DNA of 64,000 nucleotides from Vicugna vicugna (lineage: Eukaryota): assembly GCA_013265495.1 (NCBI GenBank), contig MU057981.1, forward strand, positions 1 through 64,000. Reading direction: 5' to 3'. The notes below the pieces were generated by a model. It searched no databases. It had not been told where the DNA came from and saw nothing but the letters and a program-made list of their open reading frames with translations. The number at the start of each line of letters is the position of its first letter. Position 1 is the stretch's first letter. Both the position numbers and the translations under genes were made by a program. This document shows, piece after piece, positions 1 to 11,314 of the stretch.

Positions 1-299
1 GGGGTCCCCAAAGGTATACATGTTCCAAATCTGACCCAAAACCAAGGAGGCTTTTATATCACTTCACCGTGGACAAAAGATATCACTAAAGAAGTTGAGA
101 AAAGAACAGGTCCCCATCATCCAGAGTCCCTCCCAAAGGGCCCACAGAAATAAAGAGGAGATGAATGAGAGAAAACGGTTTATTTATACCTTCTGCATCT
201 ATTGAATCTCAGGTATCTTCAGCTTAAAGTGCCTTTGTATCAACTGTGGGTTCCATATGGCTTTCCATTCCTCGAACTTTGTTCTTCCTTTTCCAGATT

Positions 300-550
300 C
301 ACTCATCTATTCTGAGCCCTTGGATTTTCCACGTGAATTTTAGATTGATAGTTAATTCCTGCAAAATACCACGAGGGATTTGGGTAGGCATTCTTTGAAT
401 CCTTAGACCTATTGGTGGACAGTTGCCATCTTGGTATAATTAAGCCTTCTGCTCCATGAATATGGATATTTTCTGTGAATGTAGGTCTTGATTTTTCTCA
501 ACAAAATCTCTCATCTATTGTAGCCTTCAGTGTCCAAGTCTGGTACTTCT
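300..550 (-). mobile_element. Ancient L1 ORF2 fragment
   Basis: Degenerate antisense L1 ORF2 motifs (gggatttgggtaggcattctttgaatc, gccatcttgg, ccatgaatatggatattt). Confidence 0.5.
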
Positions 551-999
551 TCACCTCTGTGGGATGCTGATTCAGAACAGACACGACCTCCTGGAGAACC
601 TCTACTGCCACGGAGCTGACTTGCAACTGAATCCTGAAAAGGCTTTCTTCTTTACTGATTCTTAACTCCTGTGAAATTCATCTTTTACTCATAAATGCTT
701 ATTGTCCTCATAATAAATCTATTAAAATGGGATTAATGTACTTTAATTACCATAGATGAGTTGATTTCACACATATGTGGTCGTGCAGGTGGGACCATGA
801 ATGCAGACGGTAGGTCTGCATACTTGCACCGTGAGGCCTCCCTTGACATCAGATAAAGCCCAGGCACCTGCTTTTCCAGATGCACAGCATTCATTCATCC
901 AAGTGAACCAGAACTGATGGACACCATCCCCTCTCCATCAACCTTAGTGTCGCTTTAATTCCCACTGTTTCAAATAGTTCATTACAATGACGTACTTGA

Positions 1000-2010
1000 A
1001 AAGAGAGCTTTCAATAGGTGTGCAAGCACTTTAGTGGGATGAACTCTAAGAATCAGCACTGCTGCAGAAGGGATGCACTTAAGGTCCTTTGATGTGTCCT
1101 GCACACTGTTCCCCCGGAGAGGAGTGTCTGTTCTCTCTTCCCTCCAGGGGACCTGCTGGGGCCTCTGCCTCCTCACGTTGTCACCAGAGCTGGTTGCCAC
1201 CAGGCTAAAGACCTGCCAGTGTGATGGTGACCAGTGCTTTCTCTTCAGTGTGTCCATCTGCCTGTGTCCTCACCTGACAGGTCGAGCATCTCTAGCACAC
1301 ACTGGCCACCTGCATTGCCTCTCATTGAAACTGCCCATGTGTGTTCTGTTTCTGTTGAGAACACTGGGTTTTGAGAGGATTTTTGGACCACAGGGATGTG
1401 AATCCTTTCTCTAACCTTGGATTATGAGGAATGCATTTTCTAGGTTGTGGTTTACTTTTCCTGCTGTTTTTCTGGGCTTTTGCTTGTCTTTTGATTTGTT
1501 TGGTTTTGTTTTTGCCACAGGAGGCAAAACAGGAGTTTTTTCTCCATTCTGTCTTCTGGCTGTGGTGCCACAGGAGGAACAACAGTGTCTACACTGAGAA
1601 TATGCACAGAGTTTAAAAGGGCTTCATTTCGTACATCACATCTTTAATCCACCTAGATTTCCCTTTCAAATAATAAAAGTGCTATTTGAAGTGAAAACAA
1701 AACAAAAAAATCACCAGCCCCACTTAAAACATATGATCAGGCACAAAAAGCCACCTTTCATAGAGTTTCATTGACAGGGAACACCCAGGCGAGGTAAAGA
1801 CACCCAGAGAGGAAGAGGACTCTGGGCTGACGGGCTGGGGGAGGGAGGGAGAGGAGTGCAAGCTCTGGCTCCAGGCTTTTACTTTGAGGAAAGAAATAGT
1901 GTGAAACTAGATGGTAGTGATGGTCGCACAACATTGTGAATGCAGTTAATGCTCCTGAATTGCACAATTTAAAAGGGAAAAAAAAATCTATATTTTATTA
2001 AAGGAAACTT
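1000..2010. repeat. ~1 kb direct repeat, copy 1 (diverged antisense old L1 plus sense L1MB-like 3' end)
   Basis: Colinear with 4612-5605, e.g. ccaggctaaagacctgcca and ggtcgagcatctctagca in both; 1710-1980 carries L1MB-type 3'UTR motifs (gtgatggtcgcacaacattgtgaatg). Confidence 0.9.
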
Positions 2011-2675
2011 AAAATGGAAAAATAAATGATGCCATAAATGATGTGAAACGGACAAACTAAACTAAAGAAAAACCAAAGAAAAACAAATCCAGGGGAAGGG
2101 AAGTCAAGTTCGGGTAGGGGAGGGGATTCATGGTGGGAATTTGGAGAAGAAGGTGTGGGTGGGCACAGAGGGGGCTCAGCCCTAGGGGTGGTGATGCCTG
2201 AACTGGTTCTCCATTGCCCAGTGGTCCAGGTGCAGGTGCAGGAGCTGCAGGATCTTCAGGAGCAGCAGGAGCAGCAGGAGGGAGCTTGGGGGTCTCCTGC
2301 TGGATCCTGATGGTCCTGTTTTTGGTCTCTGGCATCTTCCCCTGCCCCTGCCTGCTCTGGATCTGTAACTGTTGGAAGTGGAGAGAGCTTTAAGTCTAGT
2401 GGAAGTGCTCATGCTGTGAGAGAGGAAAACTTTACCCATGTGCCTCCCTTTCCATGTGCCTCTTCAGGGACAGACAACTTCCCAGAGCTTTCCAGACAGC
2501 TCCCACCCAGCAAGTGACCACAGGATGTGTTCTGTGACTGAATTCTTCCAGACAGGTGGTCTGAGGACAGTCTTTGCTCTGGTCCCAGCAGCAGCCTTTG
2601 GGGACGCCTCCCTATGTGGCCCAGCCCTCAGCCCTCCCTCACCTACACACATGCACCGAGCCCCGCCCTTCTCGC

Positions 2676-2773
2676 CTCTGGGCTCTGCCTCGGGGGGCTC
2701 CTGGTCCTCCACCTGACTCCCCAGGAGGTGAGCACGGTGCTTCAGGTCGGAGCCGGGTGTGCTGAGCAGGACC
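2676..2773 (-). pseudogene. RALGDS-like exon remnant, C-terminal end of the REM domain
   Basis: Encodes VLLSTPGSDLKHRAHLLGSQVEDQEPPEAEPR; ends in phase 1 at AG|GCGAG (GC in place of GT); 5' part of the exon missing. Confidence 0.7.
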
Positions 2774-2844
2774 CTGAGGAGGGGCCTGGGTGGTGTCTGG
2801 GCAGGAGGCCAGGGTGGTGAGGACCCCTCCATATCCAGACTCAC

Positions 2845-2943
2845 CTGGAGCCTGTGCTGGCCCTCACAACTGTGGCACACCAGCCCCTCACTCAGGGAGG
2901 TGGCATGGGTGTCCTTGTCCACCAGCTCCTGTGGTGTCGGGCC
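2845..2943 (-). pseudogene. RALGDS-like second coding exon (99 nt, 33 codons)
   Basis: ctgtcattgcag| acceptor and CAG|GTGAGT donor, phase 0-0, open and in frame with the previous exon. Confidence 0.7.
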
Positions 2944-3364
2944 CTGCAATGACAGTGACTGGCAGCTAGCCCAGTCCTGAGCTCTCAGAGCCCTGCCCTG
3001 CCAGGGCAACTCCTGCTTCTGCCCACTCAACCCTCTGCTGCCAGATCAGACTGGAACCTTGGTCAGCTCAGACAGTCACCCAGGAGGGAAGAGACACACA
3101 CAGAGGGCATGGGCTCCATCTCGGGAAGGAGGGCCCTGCCCCTGCTCTCCACACCCCAGCCAGCCAGCTGTGACCCAGGTTGTGGATGTGATAAGCCCGC
3201 CAGGCCTCTGACCCTTCCTCAGCCTGCTCATGCTTGAGGCAGGACCCCTACCTGAACATGACTGCTCCACCTCCACCAGCCAGGAAGGGGCTGTGGGGCT
3301 ACCTGGGTGGGATCTGAGTGGTGGCCCGGCCTGGGCGGGCCTGCCCTGGTCCTCCCTGTGTTAC

Positions 3365-3499
3365 CTTTGGGTCTCTCTGGCCAAAAGGCCAAAGGCACCT
3401 TGGGTGAGACCTGACCCAGCGCCGGCACCGCTGGCCCAGCCCCTTGCTGTGGGCTTTCTGGGGGCCGTGGACTCGGGGTGTTGGGATGCAGCAGAACAC
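3365..3499 (-). pseudogene. RALGDS-like first coding exon (135 nt, 45 codons)
   Basis: GTG TTC TGC TGC ATC CCA at the position of the family-typical MF(S)CC-P start; RCRRW..HPRxLWPF motif; ends AAG|GTAACA, phase 0. Confidence 0.7.
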
Positions 3500-4389
3500 G
3501 CCTCTGTCTCCAACCAAGTGAGCTGAGTAGAGGCTTCTCTACAGAGTGGGTGCCCGGTGACCATAGTTCTAAGTTCTGTTGGGATCTATTGCCAGGGAAG
3601 CGAGGTCACTTCCTGGGGTCCCCTTGCCCAAGCCACCTCCTTACACAAAGCTCCCCAAGGGCCTTTCTGGGCTACCAATGACTCACTTCCCACCCCATGC
3701 CATGTCCACACACAGCGACACCAATTCAGACCCCCCATAGCCCTGGGGAGGCCTGGATGCAGCCAGGGCGCAGCTCTGAGGTCACAGCTGGCTTCAAACC
3801 TGGCTCCCCCTCCTCAGCAGTGCAGTCACTCTGGACAAGCCACATGCCTCTCAAGGTCTCCCTAGTCCCCAGTGGCAGAGTGGGGATCATTCTGGCCTCT
3901 GCTCCCTAGGGAAGCCATCATGTCTCTAGACCCATAAACACCTACCGCACCTGTCACCCCTGTGGGCTGGCATCACAGGGAGCTCATGCACAGACTCAGC
4001 AAAGGTAAGACCCCACAGAGGGCTGGCGCAGCCCAGAGCACACCCCACACAGGCCGGGGTCTGCCCCGGGGTCTGGAGAAAGTCACTCTCCTTGCTGCCT
4101 GCTTCCCAGCTCCCTGTCAGGGGGTTGAAATTAAACACAACTCTGACATCATCCACTCTAGCATACAACCTCCTAGGTCATTCTGTCCTGTTTAGGTCCA
4201 GGCTGTGTCCCATCTTGGCCTCTGGGGTGGGCCGCCCCACAATCGCTCCCTGCTTTTTTGCCTTCTGGTAACATGTCCTTGTGTGATCCCCACACCCTCC
4301 CCTGCAGGGTGGATGGACCTTAGGCCTGGGTTCTGATATGTAGACTGACTTATGAAAATGTGCATGACTTCCATTCATTCCCAGCTCCA

Positions 4390-4535
4390 GTGTTCATTCT
4401 CTCTCTCTGTCTCTCAGTGCCTGTCTGTCTTCTCTTTCTCTCTCTCCCTATGCTTCTCTGTGTTTCAGTCTGTCTCTTTCCTGGATGTATGTGTGTATAC
4501 ATTTATGTGTATATGTGTGTATTTATGTATGTGTA
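4390..4535. repeat. Degenerate (CT)n / (TG,TA)n simple repeat
   Basis: ctctctctgtctctc... followed by gtatgtgtgtatac... Confidence 0.7.
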
Positions 4536-4611
4536 ATGTTAGGGTCCAGGGCAGGTCACTTCTGAAAATGCCTTGATGACATATTGATTCTTTTGAATTC
4601 ATGTTACTGAA

Positions 4612-5605
4612 GAAAAAACATCTTTGATAGTTGTGCAAGGACTTTGATCGAATCAGCTGTAAGGATCAGCACTGCTGGAGAAGGGATGAACCTGTGGCCC
4701 TTTGATATGTCCTGCACCCTGTTCTCCCAGAGAGGAGTGTCCATTTACTCTTCCCTCTAGGGGACCTGCTGGGGTCTCTGCCTCCTCACCTTGTCACCAG
4801 AGCTGGTTGTCACCAGGCTAAAGACCTGCCAATGTGATGGTGACCAATGCTGTCTCCAGTGTGTCTGCCTGTGTCCTCACCTGAGAGGTCGAGCATCTCT
4901 AGCAGACACTGGCCATCTGCACTGCCTTTCATTGGAACTGCCTGTGTGTGTTCTGTTTCTTTTCAGAACACTGGGTTTTGAGAGGTTTTTGGACTACAAG
5001 GATGTGAAGCCTTTCTCCAACCTTGGGTCATGAGGAATGCTTTTCCCAGGTTGTGGTTTGTCTTCCCAGCTGCCTTTCTTGGCCTTTGTGTTTTGGTTTT
5101 TTTTATTTTATTTTGCCACAGGAAGAGCTAAGCATCTCCCTTCTGGCTCTGGTTTCACACTTAGAACAGCAGTGCCTACCCCAAGATTAGGCACATAGTT
5201 ACTAAAATGGCTTCATTTAGTACTTCTCATCTTTAATCCATCTGCATTTTCCTCTCAAAATACAAAAATGCTAATTTATGTAAAAACAAACAAAAATTCA
5301 CCAGTCCCTGATTAAGATATGTGGGCAGAAAAAAAAGCCACATTTTATATGATTTCATTGATAGGGAACCTCCAGGGTAGGTAAAGACACACAGAGAGAA
5401 ATGGGTTTAGGGCTTGTCACAGGCTGGGGGAGGGAGGATGTGGGGTTCACTTTGAATACAAGCTTTTACTTTGAGGAAGGAAATAGTCTGAAACCAGTGG
5501 TGTTGGTCTCACAGCATTGTGAATACACCTAATGCTCCTTAATTGCACGATTTAAAATGGGAAAAGGCTAAACTTTATTCTTATAAACTTAAAACATAAA
5601 AACAG
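4612..5605. repeat. ~1 kb direct repeat, copy 2
   Basis: Colinear with 1000-2010 at an offset of ~3.6 kb; roughly 80-85% identity by eye. Confidence 0.9.
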
Positions 5606-5612
5606 AATATAC

Positions 5613-6322
5613 TATAATAGAAAAGAACAAATCTGACTCCATAATAGATCTGTTCTTTTGGCTTTAACCCTGTGCCCTGTTTTTTAGGTTTGGTCTTACT
5701 AGCTCTGCACCTTTTGTAAAACAATGTTGCCTTTAGCCTGAAATATACAGGAGAGCCTGTTCTCAAGGCTCTGACCCTTAAGGATATTAACACTTTTGCA
5801 CTTACATAAAGACAAGTTGCAGAATAGAAAATAACTTGTTTTGTTAGAGGTTTTACAGAGGCACTATGACCTGACCCACGTGGACAGCTGCAGACCAAGA
5901 TAATGGCAGACTAATATTCTGGAGAACCATCTTCCCCAAGTCAGACTTCAGGCTCCTTTTCTACTAAAAAGGGGAGGAGTTGTGGTTGGTTGCTTAAAAA
6001 CTTCTTGGTCTAGGATTTCTTTGTTCTTGGAATCCTTTGCAGCTGTCCACATGGGTCAGATCATGGTGTCCCTGTAAAACCTCCAACAAAACAAACGTTA
6101 TTTTCTATTCTGCAACTTGTTGTCTTTATAGGAGTGCAAAAGTATTAATATCCTTAAGGGTCAGAGCCTTGAGAATAGGCTTTCCTACATATTTCAGGCT
6201 AAAGGCAACATTGTTTTACAAAAGGTGCAGAGCTGACAAGGCTAAGGCTAAAAAACAGGGCACAGGGTTAAAGGAAAAGGAACAGATGTAATATGGAGTC
6301 AGATTTGTTCTTTTCTATTACA
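5613..6322. mobile_element. ERV1-type LTR rearranged into an inverted repeat (arms ~5613-5893 and ~6037-6322)
   Basis: Both ends read inward T(G/A)TAATAGAAAAGAACAAATCTGACTCCAT, an LTR 5' start; the arms are reverse complements (ORF track shows matching peptides on opposite strands at 5581-5898 and 6037-6291). Confidence 0.85.
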
Positions 6323-7439
6323 GTGCCTTTTGGTGAAAGCTAAGAGGATGTTTCCTGGGTGGGTCCTCCACTGTCCTAGGCTGGGGTTCCCACAGGATCC
6401 CTGCCAGATTCACCAGGACTGTGGACCTGATCTCCCCCAGAGAAAGTAACAATTGGTGATTAAAACTGCCTGTCAATTTCCCTTCAATTGCCTGTAAACT
6501 ATACCACTCAGGGGATGTCTCTTTGGCCAGTCAATGGTCAGTCTCCCCCGATGCAAGGGACCAGCGTCATGGCGGGCTCCAAGGTAGCCTGGCCAGTGCA
6601 GCTGCCTGCTTTGCTCTCCAGCCTTGGCTTCCTAATGTGGGCACTTTCAAAGCTCCTGTCCCTCTTCCCTATGGCCTGGCATGAATGAACAAGGTCCCTG
6701 CACCCACCTGGGCTGACCCAGGCCATGTACACAGCCCACCACCTGCTGTCCACCCCTGGGCTCAAGTGCACCCTCTGAACTCCCCCACCCCCACAGGTCC
6801 ATGTGCCCAGTGCTGCCGCCTAGGGGTCCAGAGCACCATCAGGACCATCAACGACCCAAGGCACACAGGTCAGTGGCAGGCAGCCCGGAATCACCCTGAC
6901 CCGCCGTTTGAGGCACAGGGGGCGGGGATCAGAGCGCCAGGGCAGGAATTGGACCCACCTCCAGCCCAGCCTGCTTCACTCTGTAGCCTCAGACACTAGC
7001 TATGCAGGTGCACACTAGGCTGGATCCCCTGCTTGTGGCAGTCACCATCGTGACTGGAGCCCGACTTTCCCACCCCAACCATGGAGTGAGGGGTGACGGG
7101 ATCAGCTTCTGGCAGGGGTTCACTCAGTGAGTCGGGGGTCCCACAGTGAGGGGGTACAGGCTGAGGGGTTAGGGACTGCTCTGAGTGGAACTGACCCAGC
7201 TAAGAGGTGAGGGAGACCATCTCAGGATGTTGGGGGGTCCTGTGGTGAGGCATTTGGGGTGAGGTGGAGTGCAGGGGCCAAGGTTAGGACCTAGCAGGAT
7301 GGAGTGTGGGGGTTGGGACCTCAGTGTGAGGAGGAGCCCTGTCTTCCGGATCTGATGGGAGACTGGGCCTGGCCGGGAACGGGAGGGTAGTAATGGGAAG
7401 GGGGAAGTGAGTGTGGGGAGTGGGGCTGGGGGTGCGTGG

Positions 7440-8200
7440 CCTAGCCCAGGGCGGTAGTGGTTCTGGTTGAGTGCCAGGACCCAGGTGGTGGAGGGATGGG
7501 GGCGTTGGGGATGTAGACCCAGCGGGGCGGGCAGCGGGGCCGAAAAGCCCTACCGCCCCAGCACCCCACCGCCGCGCCCCGCCAGGGCCCTCCCGGCCCC
7601 TGGCGCCCCGTCAGGTACGGCAAGAACCCCAGCCGAGCGCCCGCGCTGCTGGCGGGAGGAGGAGGGGCGTGCAAGCGCGGGCGCACGGACGCGCGGAGGC
7701 AGGAGCCCGCCCAGAGCGTGTGGAAGCCGGGCGGGAGCGGGGTGCTCCTGGACCAGCTCCCAGAGGAGGAAGTGGCCTGGGGTCCAGGCCACCGCTTGCC
7801 GTCGCTTCCCCTGTCCCCGCCAGGCAGGTAAAGGGGCGCCGGTGAGGGAGCGCAGGTTGGGGGTCCGGCGGGTGAGGCCGGGGCGGCCCGGCCGGTTAGG
7901 ACCCTGATGCGGGTCCGAGGCCACCGCCGTGGTTCGTGATGCCCCACCCCCACAACGTTAGTAGTCCCTGAACCCCGCGTCTTTGCCGGCTTGTACCTGG
8001 GTTTGGAAAAGCGTTAGGGCCCCGGGAGGTGGGAGGGTGCCTGATGGCCCTGGAGCACTTCCAACTGGCTCTCAAACCATAACCTGCTCCCGGGAGGTGG
8101 GTGTGGTGCCGTCACAGGGCCGCTGTGGCGGCTGCGGGTGTGATGGGGGCTACCCCGTCCGAGCCCCTGCATTGTTCCCTATTCCCCTGAGGCCTGGACT
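7440..8200. promoter_or_regulatory. CpG island / probable promoter with candidate plus-strand first-exon donors
   Basis: Very GC-rich with dense retained CpGs and GC boxes (ggggcgggg-like, ccccgcc); donor-like CAG|GTACGG (GT 7615) and CAG|GTAAAG (GT 7828). Confidence 0.75.
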
Positions 8201-8209
8201 GGAGTAGCC

Positions 8210-9130
8210 TCTGCTTCCACATGTTCATGGGGTGCACGTCTCACGGTCAGACTGTGCCTGAAGAGCGGACGCGGTGTTGTCTGGGTGCAGGGGCGGTGGA
8301 GGTGGCGGCGGGGAGAGGGGTTTGTCCCATTGAGCCTGTGGATTTGATCCCATCTTCCCCGCGTCCTGTCCTGGGGGCGGCCTCTAAAGCCCCAGATTGA
8401 GGGGACTCAGGTTACAGGTCAGTCTGCTCCAGGGAGGCGGACACGATGCGGTCATTGTGCGGGGGCGGCGGTAGCGATAACGGGAAATGGGATTAAATCC
8501 CCGCGCTCACACAGGGCAGCCCCAGTCCCGCCGCCCCCTGACAGCACGGCGCCCACCTTCCAGGAGCAGGCTGACCTGTAATCTGAGTCCCACGATCCTG
8601 GGGCAGCAGAGGCCAAGCCCAGGACAGGCCACGAGGGAGTTTGAAGCAAATCCACAGGCTTGCATGGGCAGATTCTGTAACCAGCTGCTGCTGCCCCTGC
8701 CTCCAACCACAAAGCACCCATCTCCCAGGAGCCGGCTGACCTGGAGACGTACCTGGGGCAGCAGATGCGGCCCCCAGGCCATACCTCAAGGGAGATGGGG
8801 GCAAATAGACTAGCTTGCCAGGGGCAGCACCCCTCTCCCCGTCGCTGCCCTGGGTTCATGGATCACTTGCTAACAGATCAGTTGGCGCCAGGGAGGCAGA
8901 CTTGGCCCGGTCAGGGGGCGGCGGCTGCGGGGAGGGGTGCTGCCCCAGGAGGACCAGGTGGACTTGCTTCCATATCCCCCGGGGCCTGTCCTTGGGGCGG
9001 CCTCAGCTGCCCCAGGTTCGCAGGATGCATGTCTTCATGTCAGCCTGTTCCTGGAAGGATGGTGCAGTGCGGTCAGGGGGCAGCATCAGCAGTGGGCAAG
9101 GACTTTAGGAGGACTGGGCTCTAACCCAGG
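8210..9130. repeat. GC-rich ~160-180 bp unit tandem array, copy 1, with an inverted central block (~8520-8860)
   Basis: Motif ggggcggcctc..ccccagg..caggtcagcctgctcctgggagg..gcggtcaggggg recurs forward near 8375 and 8995 and as reverse complement near 8606 and 8761. Confidence 0.85.
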
Positions 9131-9169
9131 ATAACTCACTCTCTTTTCTTCTCTTGCTTCCCCAGTTGG

Positions 9170-11310
9170 TGGCTGTAGCAGCTTTTCCATTATAGATTAT
9201 TACCAGATAGTGAACATAGGTTTCTGTGATATACAGAAAAACTTTTTAAATAATTTATTTTTATATATAGTGGCTGACATTTGTAAATCTCAAACTCCAA
9301 AATTTACCCCTTCCCACCCCCTTCCCCTGGTAACCATAAGATTGTTTACTAAGTGTGCAAGTCTGTTTTGTAGATGAGTTCATAGTGCCTCTTTTTTTTT
9401 CAGATTGCACATATGAATATTATGGTATTTTTGTTTATTTTCCTGGGTCACTTCATTTAGAATGATGATCTCTAGGTCCATCCATGTTGCTGCAAATGGC
9501 ATTATTTTATCCTTTTTTATGGCAGAGTAGAATTCCATTGTAGAAATATACCACACCTTCTGTATCCAATCATCTGTTGCTATGTTTAGGTTTCTTCCAT
9601 GTCTTGGCTGTTGTATACAGTAGTGCTATGAATACTGGGGTGCAGGTATCTTTTCACATTGGAGTTCCCTCCAGACATATACCCAGAAGTGGGACTGCTG
9701 GATCATAGGGTAAGTCTATTTTTAGTTTTTTGAGGAATTTCTGTACTGTTTTCCATAATGGCTGCACCAAACTACATTCCCACCAGCAGTGTAAGAAGGT
9801 TCCCTTTTCTCCACACCCTCTCTAGCATTTATCCTTCATGAACTTTTGAGTGATGGCTATTCTGACTCTTGTGGGCTGATACCTTATTGTAGTTTTGATT
9901 TGTGTTTCTCTGATAATTAGTGATACTGAGCATTTTTACATGTGCCTATTGGCCATTTGTAGTCTGTTTTGGAGAAATGCTTGTTTATGTCTCCCCATTT
10001 TTGGATTGGGTTGTTTGTTTTTTGTTACTAAATTGTATGAGCTGTTAATATATTCTGGAAATTAAGCCTTTGTCAGTTGAATCATTTACAAATATTTTCT
10101 TCCATTCCGTAGGTTGTCATTTTGTTTTACTTATGGTTTCCTTTGCTTTCCAGATGCTTATGAGTTCAATTCGGACCCATTACTTTATTTTTGCTTTCAC
10201 TTCTGTTCCTTGGTAGATTGTCCTAGGAGAAAGTTGCTGAGATATATGTCAGATAATGCTTTGCCTATGTTTTCTTCTAAGAGGTTTATAGTGTCTTGTC
10301 GTATGTTTAAGTTTTTAAGCCATTTTGAATTTATTTTTGTGTATGCTGTGAGGGAGTAGTCTAACTTCATTGATTTACATGCAGCTGTCCAGTTTTCCCT
10401 ACACCATTTGCTGAAGAGACTGTCTTGACTCCATTGTATATTCTTGCCTCCTTTGTCAAAGATTAAGTGACCAAAAGTTTGTGGGTTTATTTCTGGGCTC
10501 TCTCTTCTCTTCCATTGATCCATATGTCTGTTTTTGTACCAATACCATGGATGACTGTAGCTTTGTAGTATTGTCTGAAGTCTGCGAGGGTTATTCTACC
10601 AGCATCGGTCTTTTTTCTTCAGCAATGCTTTGGTAATTCTGGGTCTTTTGTGATTTCACATAAATTTTATGGTTATTTGTTGTAGTTTTGTGAAAAATGT
10701 ACTGGGTGATTTGATAGGGTTTGCATTAAATCTGTAGATTGCTTTGGGCAGTATGGCCATTTTAACAATGTTAGTTCTTCTAATGCAAGAACATGGGCTA
10801 TCTTTCCATTCCTTTAAGTCCTCTTTAATTTAGTCAGTGTTTTGTAGGTCTGTGCATATAAGTGTTTCATGTCCTTGGTCAGATTTATTCCTAAGTATTT
10901 TACTTTTTGAATGCAATTTAAAAAGGGATTATTTCATGTAAAGAAATGCCACTGATCTCTGGGTGTGGATGTTGTGTCCTGCTGCCTTGATGAGTAGTAG
11001 CTCTAGTAGTTTTTGTGTGGAGCTTTTAAGGTTTTCTATACATAGTATCATGCCATCTGCATATAATGGCAATTTCACTTCTTTTCCAATTTGGATCCCT
11101 TTTATTTCTTTTTCTCATTTAATTGCTATGGCTAGGAATTCCAATAGTATACTGAATAGAAGTGATGAGAGTGGACACCCTTGTCTGGTTCCAGACTTCA
11201 GCGGAAAAGCTTTCAGCTCTCTTGGTAGCGTATTATGATGACTGTAGGTTTGTCATGAATAGCTTTTATAATGTTGAGATATGTTTCCTCTATACCCACT
11301 TTAGTAAGAC
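9170..11310 (-). mobile_element. L1 3' fragment (ORF2 C-terminal part plus 3'UTR), degraded
   Basis: ORF 10197-10523 ([30 protein letters not shown]...) and [12 protein letters not shown] are L1 ORF2; multiple indels. Confidence 0.95.
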
Positions 11311-11314
11311 CATG

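Larger units (their letters stand above)
2182..3499 (-). pseudogene. RALGDS-like (expanded 'ral guanine nucleotide dissociation stimulator-like' family) gene relic, N-terminal exons only
   Basis: Exons with splice signals encode VFCCIPTPRVHGPQKAHSKGLGQRCRRWVRSHPRCLWPFGQRDPK | GPTPQELVDKDTHATSLSEGLVCHSCEGQHRLQ | PGSDLKHRAHLLGSQVEDQEPPEAEP (cf. RALGDS MPGSDLERRAHLLLAQLEHSEPIEAEPE), then a Pro/Ala-rich segment. Start is GTG; no RasGEF exons seen. Confidence 0.75.

Noticed and set aside
555..990. Possible minus-strand exons (555-633, and one ending ...GTGCAA|GT near 824, briefly suggesting a homeobox exon)
   Set aside because: No homeodomain residues in any frame; 840-990 continues the diverged old L1; weak pyrimidine tracts; peptide not recognised
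1073..1616. ORFs and CAG|GTGAG donor-like sites repeated in both 1-kb duplicates
   Set aside because: The sequence is decayed L1; stops and indels differ between the copies
5581..6291. Two similar ORFs on opposite strands resembling a gene pair
   Set aside because: They are the two arms of the inverted LTR
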